Shown one piece after another: positions 40,246 through 50,371 of a stretch of DNA of 64,000 nt. The stretch covers positions 1,629,555-1,693,554 of the forward strand of contig OZ242376.1 of NCBI GenBank assembly GCA_965209085.1. The letters run 5' to 3'. Every line of letters begins with the position of its first letter. Position 1 is the stretch's first letter. The notes below the pieces were generated by a model. That model searched no databases, was not told the origin of the DNA, and saw only the letters and a list, made by a program, of their open reading frames with translations. Origin of the DNA: Nitrosopumilaceae archaeon. Lineage in GTDB: Archaea; Thermoproteota; Nitrososphaeria; Nitrososphaerales; Nitrosopumilaceae. The position numbers were made by a program, and so were the translations under genes.

Positions 40246-40973
40246 CAGTTTCCCTCTTTTACATAATTCATGTGCAGTCCGCATTCACTATTCCCTTCGC
40301 TCTCCCACCACCATCTGCCGGCCCGCAAATCTTCGCCAGGTTTTGTGGCGCGGGTACACGGGGCGCATCCGATGCTAGAGTAATTTTGATTCAAAAGTGT
40401 GTTGTATGGTACCTGATGCTCTTTGATGTATTCCATGACCTGCTCCAAGCTCCAGTCAATTATAGGGTTTATCTTCAAAATGCCCCCGTGCTGCTCGTCA
40501 ATTTGAAACATTTGTGTCTGATTCCTGTTCTTTGAGTGATCTTTTCTTATTCCAGTTATCCAGCCATCAAGCGTCTGTAAAATGCGGTTTGTCGGGTTTA
40601 CCTTGCGCACTTTACAGCAGAGTATGCGGTTCTCGACGCTCTCGTAAAACAAATTCTGACCCTTTGCGTTTACCATCTCTTCAACCTCTGCTGTATCAGG
40701 GCAGAGAACCTGCAGGTGCATTGAATATTTTTTTCGCAGTTTATCCATTATCTCATGCGTCTCTTTTGGGAGGCGTCCTGTATCAAGGGTAAAGAACCGG
40801 AATTTTGGATTTATCTTTGTCATCATATCTATTGATACTGAATCTTCTGCTCCAAAGCTTGATGCTTTTGCAACCGCAGGATGCAAATTATCAGATGCCC
40901 ATCTTAACGCATCCTCAGCTGTGGTAATTTTCTCGTTTAGCTCATCCACCTGTATCTGTGTAAATCTCTTCAT
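40245..40973 (-). CDS. cysH: APS/PAPS reductase
   Basis: [29 protein letters not shown] and ECGLH. Confidence 0.94.
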   Translation of the reverse strand: MKRFTQIQVDELNEKITTAEDALRWASDNLHPAVAKASSFGAEDSVSIDMMTKINPKFRFFTLDTGRLPKETHEIMDKLRKKYSMHLQVLCPDTAEVEEMVNAKGQNLFYESVENRILCCKVRKVNPTNRILQTLDGWITGIRKDHSKNRNQTQMFQIDEQHGGILKINPIIDWSLEQVMEYIKEHQVPYNTLLNQNYSSIGCAPCTRATKPGEDLRAGRWWWESEGNSECGLHMNYVKEGN

Positions 40974-41054
40974 GGCGTATGTAGGGCAAATCCGCTTATA
41001 ATAATGATCGCGGTTTTAACCCTAAATTATAAGCTAGGGGCAAATACATCACGC

Positions 41055-42134
41055 ATGGACTCGTACGTGGTGGTATTTCCGTCCGCATTTGCCCGCAATA
41101 CAGGTGCCCTTCTTGCATCCAACGTCAAAAAGATCCTCAAAGTAAAGGGACTCCCATACGATCGTATATGGCGCGATGAGAGGATAATAGTGGTAGATGC
41201 AAAAGATCCCGTTTTTGCATCCTCTGCAATAGGACTCTTGTACGGTATAGAGAGAATTGCCATTGCAAAAAAAGTTGGAAACGGTTTTGATGAAACCGTA
41301 AAAGAGATGGCAAAGGTCGGCTCCAGTCTTCTGCTAAAGGGGGACAGGTTTTTCATCAAAGTTGGCGGAGTGCCTCTTGGAGCAACCGCCGGCGATTTGG
41401 AGCTTGCCGCAACTTCTGCTGTAATAGAGGCATCCTCTGCGTCAGGTGCTCTGCCAGGAACTGTAAACGATCACAACAGACTGCTGTACACGTATGTTAC
41501 AAAAAACGGCTCGTATGTGTGCATATTTTTGGACAAAGGGTTGGGAGGGCTCCCCCAGGGAATGCACAAGGGTGCGGTTTTATGCTGCATATACGATGAG
41601 CTCTCAGCTCTTGCATGCCTTGAAACCATAAAATGCGGATTTGATGTAAAAATAATCATATGCCACAAAGGAGGTGCAAATCTGCGCAAACTTGCAAAGA
41701 TGACAAATTCCATACTCGCCCGCGTTCCCGATCCCAGACATACCTTGGAATTTTTCAGGACAAACGCATCATCATCGCAGATGCCGGACATATCCATGCA
41801 GATTATACACGGTGTGGCAAAAAAATCCCGCATATCCCGCATCTGCATTCCATCCACTCCCATGGTTTTTTCTGCAGAACAGATTGACCGGTGGGTAAGC
41901 GGCGCACTCAAAGACGGACTTGTTCCATATACGCCGCTTGGCGGTCTTGAAAAAGAGCTGTATGCAAACGCCAAAGAGGCCGGCATTTGGGAATTTTTAC
42001 CCGCGCGCCAGACTCCAAAGAAAAGTCCCGGTACTGCAAAAAAGGTAATTGCTGAGGGCAAAAAAATAGTCATAGAGACCGGCGTTAACGGCGTGCATGC
42101 CATGCTTGATGCGTTAAAAGCCAAAGAGGGTTAA
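41055..42134 (+). CDS. THUMP-domain ThiI-like protein (degenerate PP-loop)
   Basis: N-terminal THUMP-like region; GLGGLP motif; no SGGxDS motif. Confidence 0.65.
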   Translation: MDSYVVVFPSAFARNTGALLASNVKKILKVKGLPYDRIWRDERIIVVDAKDPVFASSAIGLLYGIERIAIAKKVGNGFDETVKEMAKVGSSLLLKGDRFFIKVGGVPLGATAGDLELAATSAVIEASSASGALPGTVNDHNRLLYTYVTKNGSYVCIFLDKGLGGLPQGMHKGAVLCCIYDELSALACLETIKCGFDVKIIICHKGGANLRKLAKMTNSILARVPDPRHTLEFFRTNASSSQMPDISMQIIHGVAKKSRISRICIPSTPMVFSAEQIDRWVSGALKDGLVPYTPLGGLEKELYANAKEAGIWEFLPARQTPKKSPGTAKKVIAEGKKIVIETGVNGVHAMLDALKAKEG

Positions 42135-42159
42135 AAGAGAGGTCCCATGGACGCATGAT

Positions 42160-43392
42160 ATGCCAAAGATAGGTAATTTTGTATATCCGTGGGGAAATGG
42201 CCATTATTCACGCATGATGCGGCTGCATGATGACATGATTGCAGCCATAGACGGGGCACAAATGCACTATATCAGCAAACCGCCAATTTATGAAAAACTG
42301 CAAAAAAAGTTTCCCGAACATTTGGATAGAATCCACAAGGTCAGCGTGCCCACCCCGATAGACGGCAAATTTGGACCAAGTCTCAAGCTCTCGATGCTAA
42401 ACGTGACCCTTCCGGCGGCTGGAAATCCCCCACTCATCAAACAGATTGCCGACTATCTTCGCGAAGAGAGGGCAATATACAACAGGGAAAAATTTGATTT
42501 GGTGGTAAATGATGGAGATATGGGATCAAACGTTTTGGCGAAAAAACGCAACATACCCAGCCTCTTTGTGACAAACCAGTTCCGGCCAAAACTCTGGAAG
42601 AGCAGGGTGTATCTGTATCCGGGACTGTTTTACATATCAAAACAGATTGCAAAAGCCTCAAAGATTCTTGTTGCAGATTCAGCTCCCCCCCATACCATAT
42701 GCGAATACAATTTGAATTTTTCTGACGATGTAAAGGACAAAGTGCTGTATGTGGGACATTTTACGCCAAAAGTTGCACAATTTACGGGTAAAAAATCGGA
42801 TCTTGAATTGCTGGTAAATGGTGCAGATTACGGATACTGGATGCGTACCGGCAACAGGGTTACAAACGAGGGAACGGGTGAAAAATACAGAAAAGTATTT
42901 TCCAAATCAGAAATGTCAAAAGAGAGGCGCATCATCTCTCATGCACAAAATGATCCACGAATTGATGCAGTTCTCGGATTTGATGGTAAAAAATATTCCA
43001 TAGTGGAAGCGTATGAAAAAAAAATAGACTGGCTGCAAATTGACGTGGGATTTTTGTCAGAGCGGCAAAAGGAAACCGTACTTGAAGGCTGCAAGTATGC
43101 CGTAGTAAATGGCTCACATACTGTAATGGGCGAGATACTTGGAGGCAAGGCAAAATCGGTGATAGGCATGCCAGTATACGATGAGCATGAAAACAACATA
43201 CGGTGGGCGCAGGAGAAGAATTTGGGCATGATGGCTAAAAATGCAAAAGAGACAGTTTTAGCTATAGCCAAAATCAGGGAGAATGCATCCATGTTTGATG
43301 GCGCCCTGAGAGAGTTTTCCCGCAATTTTGATAGCGGCGGGGCGCAAAGGACTGCCAAAGAGGCGGCAATTACGCTTGAAAATAAAAGATAA
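42160..43392 (+). CDS. GT-B glycosyltransferase
   Basis: WGNGHYSR, DLVVNDGD and GSHTVMGE..P..DEH. Confidence 0.8.
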   Translation: MPKIGNFVYPWGNGHYSRMMRLHDDMIAAIDGAQMHYISKPPIYEKLQKKFPEHLDRIHKVSVPTPIDGKFGPSLKLSMLNVTLPAAGNPPLIKQIADYLREERAIYNREKFDLVVNDGDMGSNVLAKKRNIPSLFVTNQFRPKLWKSRVYLYPGLFYISKQIAKASKILVADSAPPHTICEYNLNFSDDVKDKVLYVGHFTPKVAQFTGKKSDLELLVNGADYGYWMRTGNRVTNEGTGEKYRKVFSKSEMSKERRIISHAQNDPRIDAVLGFDGKKYSIVEAYEKKIDWLQIDVGFLSERQKETVLEGCKYAVVNGSHTVMGEILGGKAKSVIGMPVYDEHENNIRWAQEKNLGMMAKNAKETVLAIAKIRENASMFDGALREFSRNFDSGGAQRTAKEAAITLENKR

Positions 43393-43420
43393 TAGGCGTG
43401 CGTTGAGGTTTGATTTTTGA

Positions 43421-43487
43421 TCTGGCGCGCGGCAACTTCGATGGGCGAACGGACCGAAAGGTATGACGAGATAGACCGCGCGTTGGA
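43421..43487 (+). ncRNA. Candidate kink-turn-containing structured RNA
   Basis: 12-bp stem TCTGGCGCGCGG/CCGCGCGTTGGA (G-U pairs on the + strand) enclosing CG-GA-CC-GAAA-GG-TAT-GA-CG. Confidence 0.45.
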
Positions 43488-43599
43488 TTATACGATATAT
43501 TATACACGGTAGATAATATGGGTATTAATGATAAACCAAATATTAAATATTTTTTCCAACATGTAATCATATCTTAAAACATAGTATCAAACAAGTCAA

Positions 43600-43673
43600 T
43601 TGATCATATGTGTAATTGCCAAATTTACAATTTTTACAAATAAAAATGACTGATTTGAACTGCATACGATCTA
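43600..43673. repeat. MITE family B, decayed copy
   Basis: CCAAATTTACAATTTTTACAAATAAAAATGACTGATTTGAAC..GCATACGATCTA. Confidence 0.7.
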
Positions 43674-43989
43674 ATATTTAATATTTAATAACATCATTAT
43701 CGATAGATCTGATTTGCCTTTTTGATTTCACCCGTAATGTATGCATTAATTCTATTGCATCATTATGTGAAGGTATGGTGGTGGTTGTTACAAATGTTCG
43801 CAAATTCCTTGTGCATCGACAACACATTTTGGAAATTTTTTATCCAATATTTTTTTGTTAAATGACAGCAGTTTTCAGGAATTGTTATGCAGTTTACTTT
43901 GATTTTTATTTCCATTCATAATACCTAGATGAATTTTCTCAAATAAAGTCAATGTGAAAATCGTTGTTTTTATGATTTATTACATATAC

Positions 43990-44083
43990 TATACCTATAC
44001 GAAAAAGTTTGTGAGCTAAAAATAGTCCCAATCCAATAGTACAGAGATGGTTAGACGCTCATGAACATTGGCATATCGCCATA
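43990..44083. repeat. MITE family C, diverged copy
   Basis: AAAAGTTTGTGAGCTAAAAATAGTC..CGCTCATGAAC is the reverse complement of the 33399-33492 core. Confidence 0.7.
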
Positions 44084-44284
44084 ATTATCAATAATTATTT
44101 AGGCTATATTCTGATGCTGTTTATGCCAGATACGATTCTAGCATATGCTGTGCTCTAAAATCCAATATCGGCAATACCAGCTAAACGGGCGGATCTTGAC
44201 AATGTGGGATTGGCGGACATGTTGCGTAATTTTGAATGAATTTTATCAGATTTGTACAAAAAATATTCATGAAGAGCCACACAT

Positions 44285-44365
44285 GTAAGAGGTCAGCACC
44301 TCGTGCTAATTTGTGCCTACATCTTCATTTATTGCATAAATTCTAGGCATGAGGTGACCTCATAC
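44285..44365. mobile_element. MITE family A (81 bp)
   Basis: GTAAGAGGTCAGCACCTCGTGC...GGTGACCTCATAC. Confidence 0.85.
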
Positions 44366-44413
44366 CCATGCATAGGGTATAGGCTTTTATGTGAAAAATC
44401 GCCGACTTTGAAT

Positions 44414-44698
44414 ATGCCTAATTGCCCCGAATGCGTACTCAAAAAAAGAAACGTAATCATAGAAGATCACAAAGAGGATGAGAACGTTAATCTGACCCAA
44501 TTGCTAGACGAGGTAGAGGTTCTCATGAAATTTGATCCGGTTACAAAACACTTTATCTGCAAAAGATGCGGCCTGTATGCTACAAGAGAACAGGTGGGGG
44601 ATATCCGCGAACGCATGAACCACAAGGAATCAACGCGCGAGGACAAACAGTACGACTATCTTAGCTGGTGGCAAAAAAGCAAAAAGGATAAAATGTAA
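44414..44698 (+). CDS. Zn-ribbon hypothetical protein
   Basis: MPNCPEC...CKRCG...YLSWW; start at ATG 44414. Confidence 0.75.
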   Translation: MPNCPECVLKKRNVIIEDHKEDENVNLTQLLDEVEVLMKFDPVTKHFICKRCGLYATREQVGDIRERMNHKESTREDKQYDYLSWWQKSKKDKM

Positions 44699-44700
44699 AA

Positions 44701-45063
44701 ATGGTCAAAAACAATGCTCTTCCAAAATGGGTAGTAGACGGAATTAAAAATGTCAAATTTGCAAAACCAAAAATATGCAAATCATCCGGAACCCTGCTTG
44801 AAATATATGCTGAGGATCTAAAGGTGGACGTACAGCTGGATGATACAGTAGAAGATGGAAGACACATTATTACAATGGATCTTCCAAAAAAAGTGGATTT
44901 GAATGCATTAGAGCGCGGTGTCGCCTATGAATTTTCATTTGAAGAATCAAAGGGGAAGATTGATGCCAAAATCATCAAATACCTGAAAGAAACAAAAGAA
45001 GTTGAAATGGAATCCTTGTACCAGTTTATTATAACAGATCTAACCAAAGTTAAAACAGATTAG
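44701..45063 (+). CDS. Hypothetical protein
   Basis: 120-aa ORF directly following the Zn-ribbon gene. Confidence 0.7.
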   Translation: MVKNNALPKWVVDGIKNVKFAKPKICKSSGTLLEIYAEDLKVDVQLDDTVEDGRHIITMDLPKKVDLNALERGVAYEFSFEESKGKIDAKIIKYLKETKEVEMESLYQFIITDLTKVKTD

Positions 45064-45863
45064 CGTTCTTTTTTTACCCTATCAAACTGTTTATTGAATA
45101 TTCTGCCAATGTACGGCACTAAAACATGTGGAAACGTCTGTCTTGCCCATATGGCATAGCGGGCAGCTTTTGGCACGGTTATCTCTAGACGTTTGGAATT
45201 AACGCCCGCCTCAACTGCCTTTGCAACTTTGTGTGCGCTCACGGAAATGGAATTGCGCTGCCCCATTTTACCAAACGAGCTGTGCTTGAAAAAATTCGTC
45301 CTAGTCATTATCGGGCTTATTACGGTCACATTCACACCCGTTTTTTGCAGCTCATGATGCAAGGATTCAGAAAATCCTAAAATTGCAAATTTTGAGGCAC
45401 AGTATGGACCAAGTCCGGGCACGCCGATGCTAGCTCCTACTGAGGCAATATTGATTATTTTGCCGTATTTGCGCTCAAGCATGCCGGGTAAAAACGCCTT
45501 TGTGCAGTGTACGGTTCCCATATAGTTTACAGACATTTGTGATTTTATCTGCTTTTCACTCTGATCCATTACCCTATCATATACTGCAAATCCGGCATTA
45601 TTCACCAAAATATCCACCCCTCCAAATTTCTCAATTACCTGTTTTGCCATGTTTTGTACCTGATCATAGTCTGAAACGTCGCATACGATGGCCGCTGTCC
45701 GGATGCCCTCATGAGATATTCCCCGCTCTGCATCCTGGAGTTTTTCCTCGTTTCTTGAGACCAAGATTACATGGGCGCCTTTTGAGGCAAATCTTTTTGC
45801 CGATGCTAGACCGATTCCATCTGATGCCCCCGTTATCAGTATGCGTTTTTTTTCAAGATTCAA
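45060..45863 (-). CDS. Short-chain dehydrogenase/reductase
   Basis: ITGASDGIG, NNAG and YCASK; start uncertain (TTG 45863). Confidence 0.9.
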   Translation of the reverse strand: MNLEKKRILITGASDGIGLASAKRFASKGAHVILVSRNEEKLQDAERGISHEGIRTAAIVCDVSDYDQVQNMAKQVIEKFGGVDILVNNAGFAVYDRVMDQSEKQIKSQMSVNYMGTVHCTKAFLPGMLERKYGKIINIASVGASIGVPGLGPYCASKFAILGFSESLHHELQKTGVNVTVISPIMTRTNFFKHSSFGKMGQRNSISVSAHKVAKAVEAGVNSKRLEITVPKAARYAIWARQTFPHVLVPYIGRIFNKQFDRVKKER

Positions 45864-45903
45864 CTGTACGATCAAAAACCGTGAACGATAAAGATGTATC
45901 GCA

Positions 45904-46563
45904 TTATATCCCCAAACCAAACCAGAGCATGGCTGTTACAAATACAAGCGAAAATGTAAGAGGAACCAGAAGCGGAACCGTTATGCCCACATACGTGTCA
46001 GCTCTGATTGGAATCTCATCTACATGTCTTGGGTTCCTTGCGGATAAAAACCACAGTGTTCGCCGGTTGTTTGAATTTTTCTCCCCACAATATGCATGAA
46101 TCTCTCCCAGCGTATATCGGTGTACGAGGAAAAATGCAAGAAATTTTCTTGGTGCAGAGTCTGCCAGCTCTGAGAATAATTTTGGATTTTTTCTGCGCGT
46201 GTTTAATACAGGATTTGCCACCAAAACCGCAAGCAGTGATAAAGCTGCGCTGCAGACTAGTACTGGCACCATTATCGGAACGCCGTTAAAGACCGGCAGT
46301 ATAAACGAGAGCGTCAATAACGCTTCAAAATCACCTGTAGCATACAATCCTGCAAGCCTTCCTGCAAGTGCCACAATGGCTCCAAGCCCGATTATCCATA
46401 CAGTGCCATATGTTGGAGGGTCCAGGGCGTATATTGGAATGGCGATAATTCCAAATATCAGCCAGAGTTTTTCTGAAATCATGCCGGTTTTCCAGTCATA
46501 ATACGCCCCAAAGGAAAACATTCCTATTACAAGTGCAAGGCGAATGATCTCGGATATTTCCAC
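45904..46563 (-). CDS. A24-family prepilin/preflagellin peptidase-like protein
   Basis: AYYDWK.G.I, GD motif (ATGDFEAL), C-terminal VPLLVPL; multiple TM helices. Confidence 0.75.
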   Translation of the reverse strand: MEISEIIRLALVIGMFSFGAYYDWKTGMISEKLWLIFGIIAIPIYALDPPTYGTVWIIGLGAIVALAGRLAGLYATGDFEALLTLSFILPVFNGVPIMVPVLVCSAALSLLAVLVANPVLNTRRKNPKLFSELADSAPRKFLAFFLVHRYTLGEIHAYCGEKNSNNRRTLWFLSARNPRHVDEIPIRADTYVGITVPLLVPLTFSLVFVTAMLWFGLGI

Positions 46564-46568
46564 CTAGT

Positions 46569-47150
46569 TCAAGTCTCCATAAAAAACGCATTTGTTATGG
46601 CATTTTTACGCATATCCAGATTTTGCATGATTGATTCGTCTGCTGCATCCTGTGTTTTATCAAGCCAGTTTTTTAATGAAACCAGATCATGATCGTATCG
46701 TTTGTGCAGATTTTTAAAAAGAACAGGCCTTATTTTCCAAATATTTTTTTGCGTGCTGTATATGAACCCTTTTTGCGCCAACATTGAAATTGTGTTTGTC
46801 AGATATTTTGCAGAATAGTATAGCTCAAAACGTTCCATAAACTTTGGCGATACGGCAAATCCCGTAGCCTTTTGCATGCAGTAAAAATCCGCTAGTGCCG
46901 AAAGCGTGAAAAATGAAATGTGTAGACTGTACGCCATGGCAACCCATTTGCCTTTTTCCGTAAGTGATGCTTTAACTTCAATTAGACCGTGTTTTTGCAG
47001 ATATCCAAAAATTCCGTTGCTCAAAACGGGCGAAGTTTTGGGCTTTCCAGCGGATACAGTTGATGCAAGAAAATGTAGCTGTCTTGAATCATATTTTCCT
47101 GCAAAATTGGAACGTACATGTTTTTTGATTTCAGCAGGGATAAGATCCAA
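46569..47150 (-). CDS. Hypothetical protein with winged-helix-like elements
   Basis: LQKHGLI..LTEKG and ISMLAQKGFI wHTH-type signatures. Confidence 0.6.
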   Translation of the reverse strand: MDLIPAEIKKHVRSNFAGKYDSRQLHFLASTVSAGKPKTSPVLSNGIFGYLQKHGLIEVKASLTEKGKWVAMAYSLHISFFTLSALADFYCMQKATGFAVSPKFMERFELYYSAKYLTNTISMLAQKGFIYSTQKNIWKIRPVLFKNLHKRYDHDLVSLKNWLDKTQDAADESIMQNLDMRKNAITNAFFMET

Positions 47151-47157
47151 AATTTAA

Positions 47158-48246
47158 TCACATCCTTTGTTTTCCGCATATTAAAAATTTATCACGTGAC
47201 GGTTTGTTTGCCAGAAATTTTGCCAGGGATTTTGCAGTGGAAACTTTGAAAAAGACATCCTCACCCACTTCTGCGCCAAATTTTTCAACAATGGTGGGAG
47301 GTATGGTCGCAATGGGCGCATTCAAACCGGATTCTATTGCAATGACGTTGTCTTTTACCTTGATTTCTGACATTGAACGTGTCTTTATGTTGACTTTGTA
47401 TATGATGCCGCATCTGCACGGCAAAATTGCCTCATCACGCGAGCCCCGCATATGCGAATACAGATCACGCCCAAGTCCGGCAAACTTGTCTAGTTTTTTA
47501 TCCGGCTGTTTTACATTTTCATTTGGTTTATCCAAATCCTTGAATTCCCGATCGTCTAGATCAAAAATCACAGGTTCTGAGACATCTTTTGGTTTTGCCT
47601 CAGATATGAGTGCGTCAAGCTGTCCGGCCGAAGGAAAAGAGAATCTTGCCCGCGTACAATCCAAGCTCATATGGTGTATGATGTTTTCAACCGCCCGTTT
47701 TTGCGCCTCTGTATTTAATTTGCACAGCATGGCAATCATGTACATTGGATACGAAACGCGAGAGAATTTCTGCATCATTTTTTTCAAATGATCCTCTAAT
47801 AATTTTCTAGCCTGTGAATCCAATTCGTGGGTTGCAATGTATTTTTGCATGGGATCAAACCAAAGCATTTGAAGAATATTTTGTGATGCAAAACCGGAAT
47901 TTTTTAAATAATTGTACGCATCAATCAACCCCAACGGATTTGTCGGACTTGATTGGTGCAATCGTACGTGTAAAATTACCACTTCTGCCGTGTTTCCGAC
48001 ATTGTGAACGTATGCCTCTATTGTTTTGATTTTGCGCCTTTTTATTTCATTTACCCGCAGTTGTCCGTCAACGATGTACACCTGCCCGTCTGCTGTTCTT
48101 GCCGTGTGTATGGGTATCATTGCGTTTTTTGATTCAAGATCCGCCGCTTGCAGGCTTTTTTGAATGTCAATTGAATGACTTGATACTGAAATAGGACACT
48201 GCTTTAACGTCTCTACTCTTGCCGGTCCGTGTATAAGATGGCTCAA
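47158..48246 (-). CDS. ParB/Sulfiredoxin N-terminal domain protein
   Basis: IPIHTART..GQVYIVDGQLR..IEAYV, followed by an HTH-like segment. Confidence 0.75.
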   Translation of the reverse strand: MSHLIHGPARVETLKQCPISVSSHSIDIQKSLQAADLESKNAMIPIHTARTADGQVYIVDGQLRVNEIKRRKIKTIEAYVHNVGNTAEVVILHVRLHQSSPTNPLGLIDAYNYLKNSGFASQNILQMLWFDPMQKYIATHELDSQARKLLEDHLKKMMQKFSRVSYPMYMIAMLCKLNTEAQKRAVENIIHHMSLDCTRARFSFPSAGQLDALISEAKPKDVSEPVIFDLDDREFKDLDKPNENVKQPDKKLDKFAGLGRDLYSHMRGSRDEAILPCRCGIIYKVNIKTRSMSEIKVKDNVIAIESGLNAPIATIPPTIVEKFGAEVGEDVFFKVSTAKSLAKFLANKPSRDKFLICGKQRM

Positions 48247-48998
48247 GCGTGCAGGCCCCCCATGACGAATTTTATGGCTTTTTTGACGCTTGTATCCTTG
48301 TTGCTGCTAAAACCGTCCGCATCCAATTTTTGCTTTACCATGATACGTATTTTTGCAGTGTCAATGTTTGGATATTTTTTGTCCAGTGCCTTGAAATGCA
48401 AATTTAGATAATAATTTAACGTGTTTTTTGGATCTTGTTGGCTATCCTGCATGAGGGGTTTTAAATCAGAACAGATTTTTGCAAAAGAACGGATGCGTTT
48501 TCTTCCCATTTCCTGCCGGACATAATGTGAAATTTTAGCTTCGGTTCTAGGTATTGAATTATTCTGACATGAGCGCATCAATGCAAAGAGGGCCGCATCG
48601 GCTTTGACGCATTTTTTTGCATTGGATGTTTTTTTGTACAACATCCACGCTTCCTGGGATACGTGCGAGGGCAGCTCCAACCACTGGCATATGGTTGAAA
48701 ATGTAGACAGCTCTGGCCGGTTTATGTAAAAACGTTTTAAGCTTGAAAAATTTGATTTCATTCCCGATGGAAGTAATTTTTGATAATCACCTACCAGATT
48801 TATTGATAAATTTACAGACGATTCTGGAATGTTTTCAGAGCTGAAAACGGGTTCGAGTTGCTCGTATAGTACTGTTCCACAAAAAATGCATACAGTTTCA
48901 TGATCTGCGTTCATTTGTTCTGATGATTTTAATATTTTTTTACATGTAGGGCATGAAATTTTGCCTCTTTGCGTTGATTGTAATTCTACACCTTGCAA
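48243..48998 (-). CDS. Divergent TFIIB/TFB-like protein (Zn ribbon plus one cyclin-like repeat)
   Basis: CPTC..CIFCGTV Zn ribbon; ICQWLELPSHVSQEAW.LYKK..AALF..C...IPRT. Confidence 0.7.
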   Translation of the reverse strand: MQGVELQSTQRGKISCPTCKKILKSSEQMNADHETVCIFCGTVLYEQLEPVFSSENIPESSVNLSINLVGDYQKLLPSGMKSNFSSLKRFYINRPELSTFSTICQWLELPSHVSQEAWMLYKKTSNAKKCVKADAALFALMRSCQNNSIPRTEAKISHYVRQEMGRKRIRSFAKICSDLKPLMQDSQQDPKNTLNYYLNLHFKALDKKYPNIDTAKIRIMVKQKLDADGFSSNKDTSVKKAIKFVMGGLHA

Positions 48999-49361
48999 CA
49001 GGTTGCCTTATATCATTTTTCGTATAAAAGAATAACTCTGATCCATTACATCTTGTTGTAAATTGTAGCGTAAATTATCTGATCGAATATGTGAAAAATT
49101 CAATTATAATTATGTGCCATAAAAATTTAGTATACTAAAATTTGTTACATACAGGTATGATTTTGATCCGTTGTGCGTATTGACATCCTAAAGAGGAGTG
49201 ATTCGATACAATTATGCGCAGATCGGTTGTTGCAATGGTGAGAATTGTGCGTAAATATTTAGATCGCTGTTGTACAAAAGGCGATTTTTGTTAAATATTG
49301 TAAAAATGGTGGTATACCAAATGGAAAAATATTAGGTAATTATAAATTTAATTCCCCCAAC

Positions 49362-49470
49362 CATCAATGGCAAGTTTGAGCCAAATGAGGCGTATTTTGG
49401 CAGAAAACGTAAGGGAAATCGTGGTCGTGGAGCAAAAAACAAGACCATAGTTTTTGGCATACTTGAAGAA
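49362..49470 (+). pseudogene. IS1595-family transposase fragment
   Basis: Reads GKFEPNEAYFGRKRKGNRGRGAKNKTIVFGILE, like the IS1595 E.DE.YFGG..KRGRG...K..VFG motif. Confidence 0.7.
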
Positions 49471-49606
49471 AGAAAATGTACGGTCATATAACAACAAGGA
49501 CAAGAATAAATTCAATATTTTGGTGGATTAGCTGCTTGAAAAATCGCGCATGTGATTAACTTACGAATTATTGTTTGGTGGAATCTGGTTTATAATCACC
49601 AAATAT

Positions 49607-49686
49607 TAGACCTCATGCATAATCATTAAAATCAGTCATTTTTATTCGTAAAAATTGTGAATTTGGTCCATTATGCATGAAGTCTA
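49607..49686. mobile_element. MITE family B, intact 80-bp copy (empty target site)
   Basis: TIR TAGACCTCATGCATAAT / ATTATGCATGAAGTCTA; matches the IS5-like left end at 11813 in 16 of 17 nt. Confidence 0.85.
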
Positions 49687-49695
49687 TTATACTGT

Positions 49696-49742
49696 ATGGC
49701 TATTAATTCTCAAATTGAATGGATAAAAGCTACCTTTGATCC
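49696..49742 (+). pseudogene. Truncated duplicate of the DUF5131 5' end
   Basis: MAINSQIEWIKATFDP versus MAIDSQIEWTESTWNP at 52615. Confidence 0.7.
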
Positions 49743-49817
49743 TTGTTTTCCTTCTAGTTGGAATACGTACAATAAAATCCAAAATATTAATAATGAACAA
49801 TACTAATAACCGTCATC

Positions 49818-50045
49818 ATGCAAAAACGTGATCAAGACAATTGGGATTTCGCAGAAAAGTTACGCGTTGGAGATACAAAATATGACGGACAGTGGATCAT
49901 GGTAAAAAATTCCAAAGTAGTTGCACATGGAAATGATCCAGAAATTTTTACAAAATGCCAGGACAAATATCCAAACGATGTAATGTTGTTAGTAAAAATC
50001 CCAAATGAGGATGATTTAAAACCTAGAATATTATATAGCAATTAG
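49818..50045 (+). CDS. DUF5678-like small protein
   Basis: KY.GQWI.V....VVAHG.D..KIP pattern. Confidence 0.7.
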   Translation: MQKRDQDNWDFAEKLRVGDTKYDGQWIMVKNSKVVAHGNDPEIFTKCQDKYPNDVMLLVKIPNEDDLKPRILYSN

Positions 50046-50371
50046 TTGAAATTTAAATATAGACCAATTATGAAAAAAATAGAGGGGTAAAATATCAACC
50101 AATAATCCCAATATGTATTATGATAAATTAATTTATGAAGCAATTATTGATACTGGTGCAGAAGTTCTATACATCCCATATGTTATTGCTAAAACCATAT
50201 TGAAAACAGAAATTATGCCACATAAAATTACCGAAGGTGTTATTAATGGAGTTACTGGTTCACAGAAATCTTGGATAACACATGTTAGTAGCATTGAAAT
50301 TCCAGATCTAATAACAATTCGTAATGTTCCTGTAACCATGTCTGCTGTACCAGATAACAATCAGAATATTT

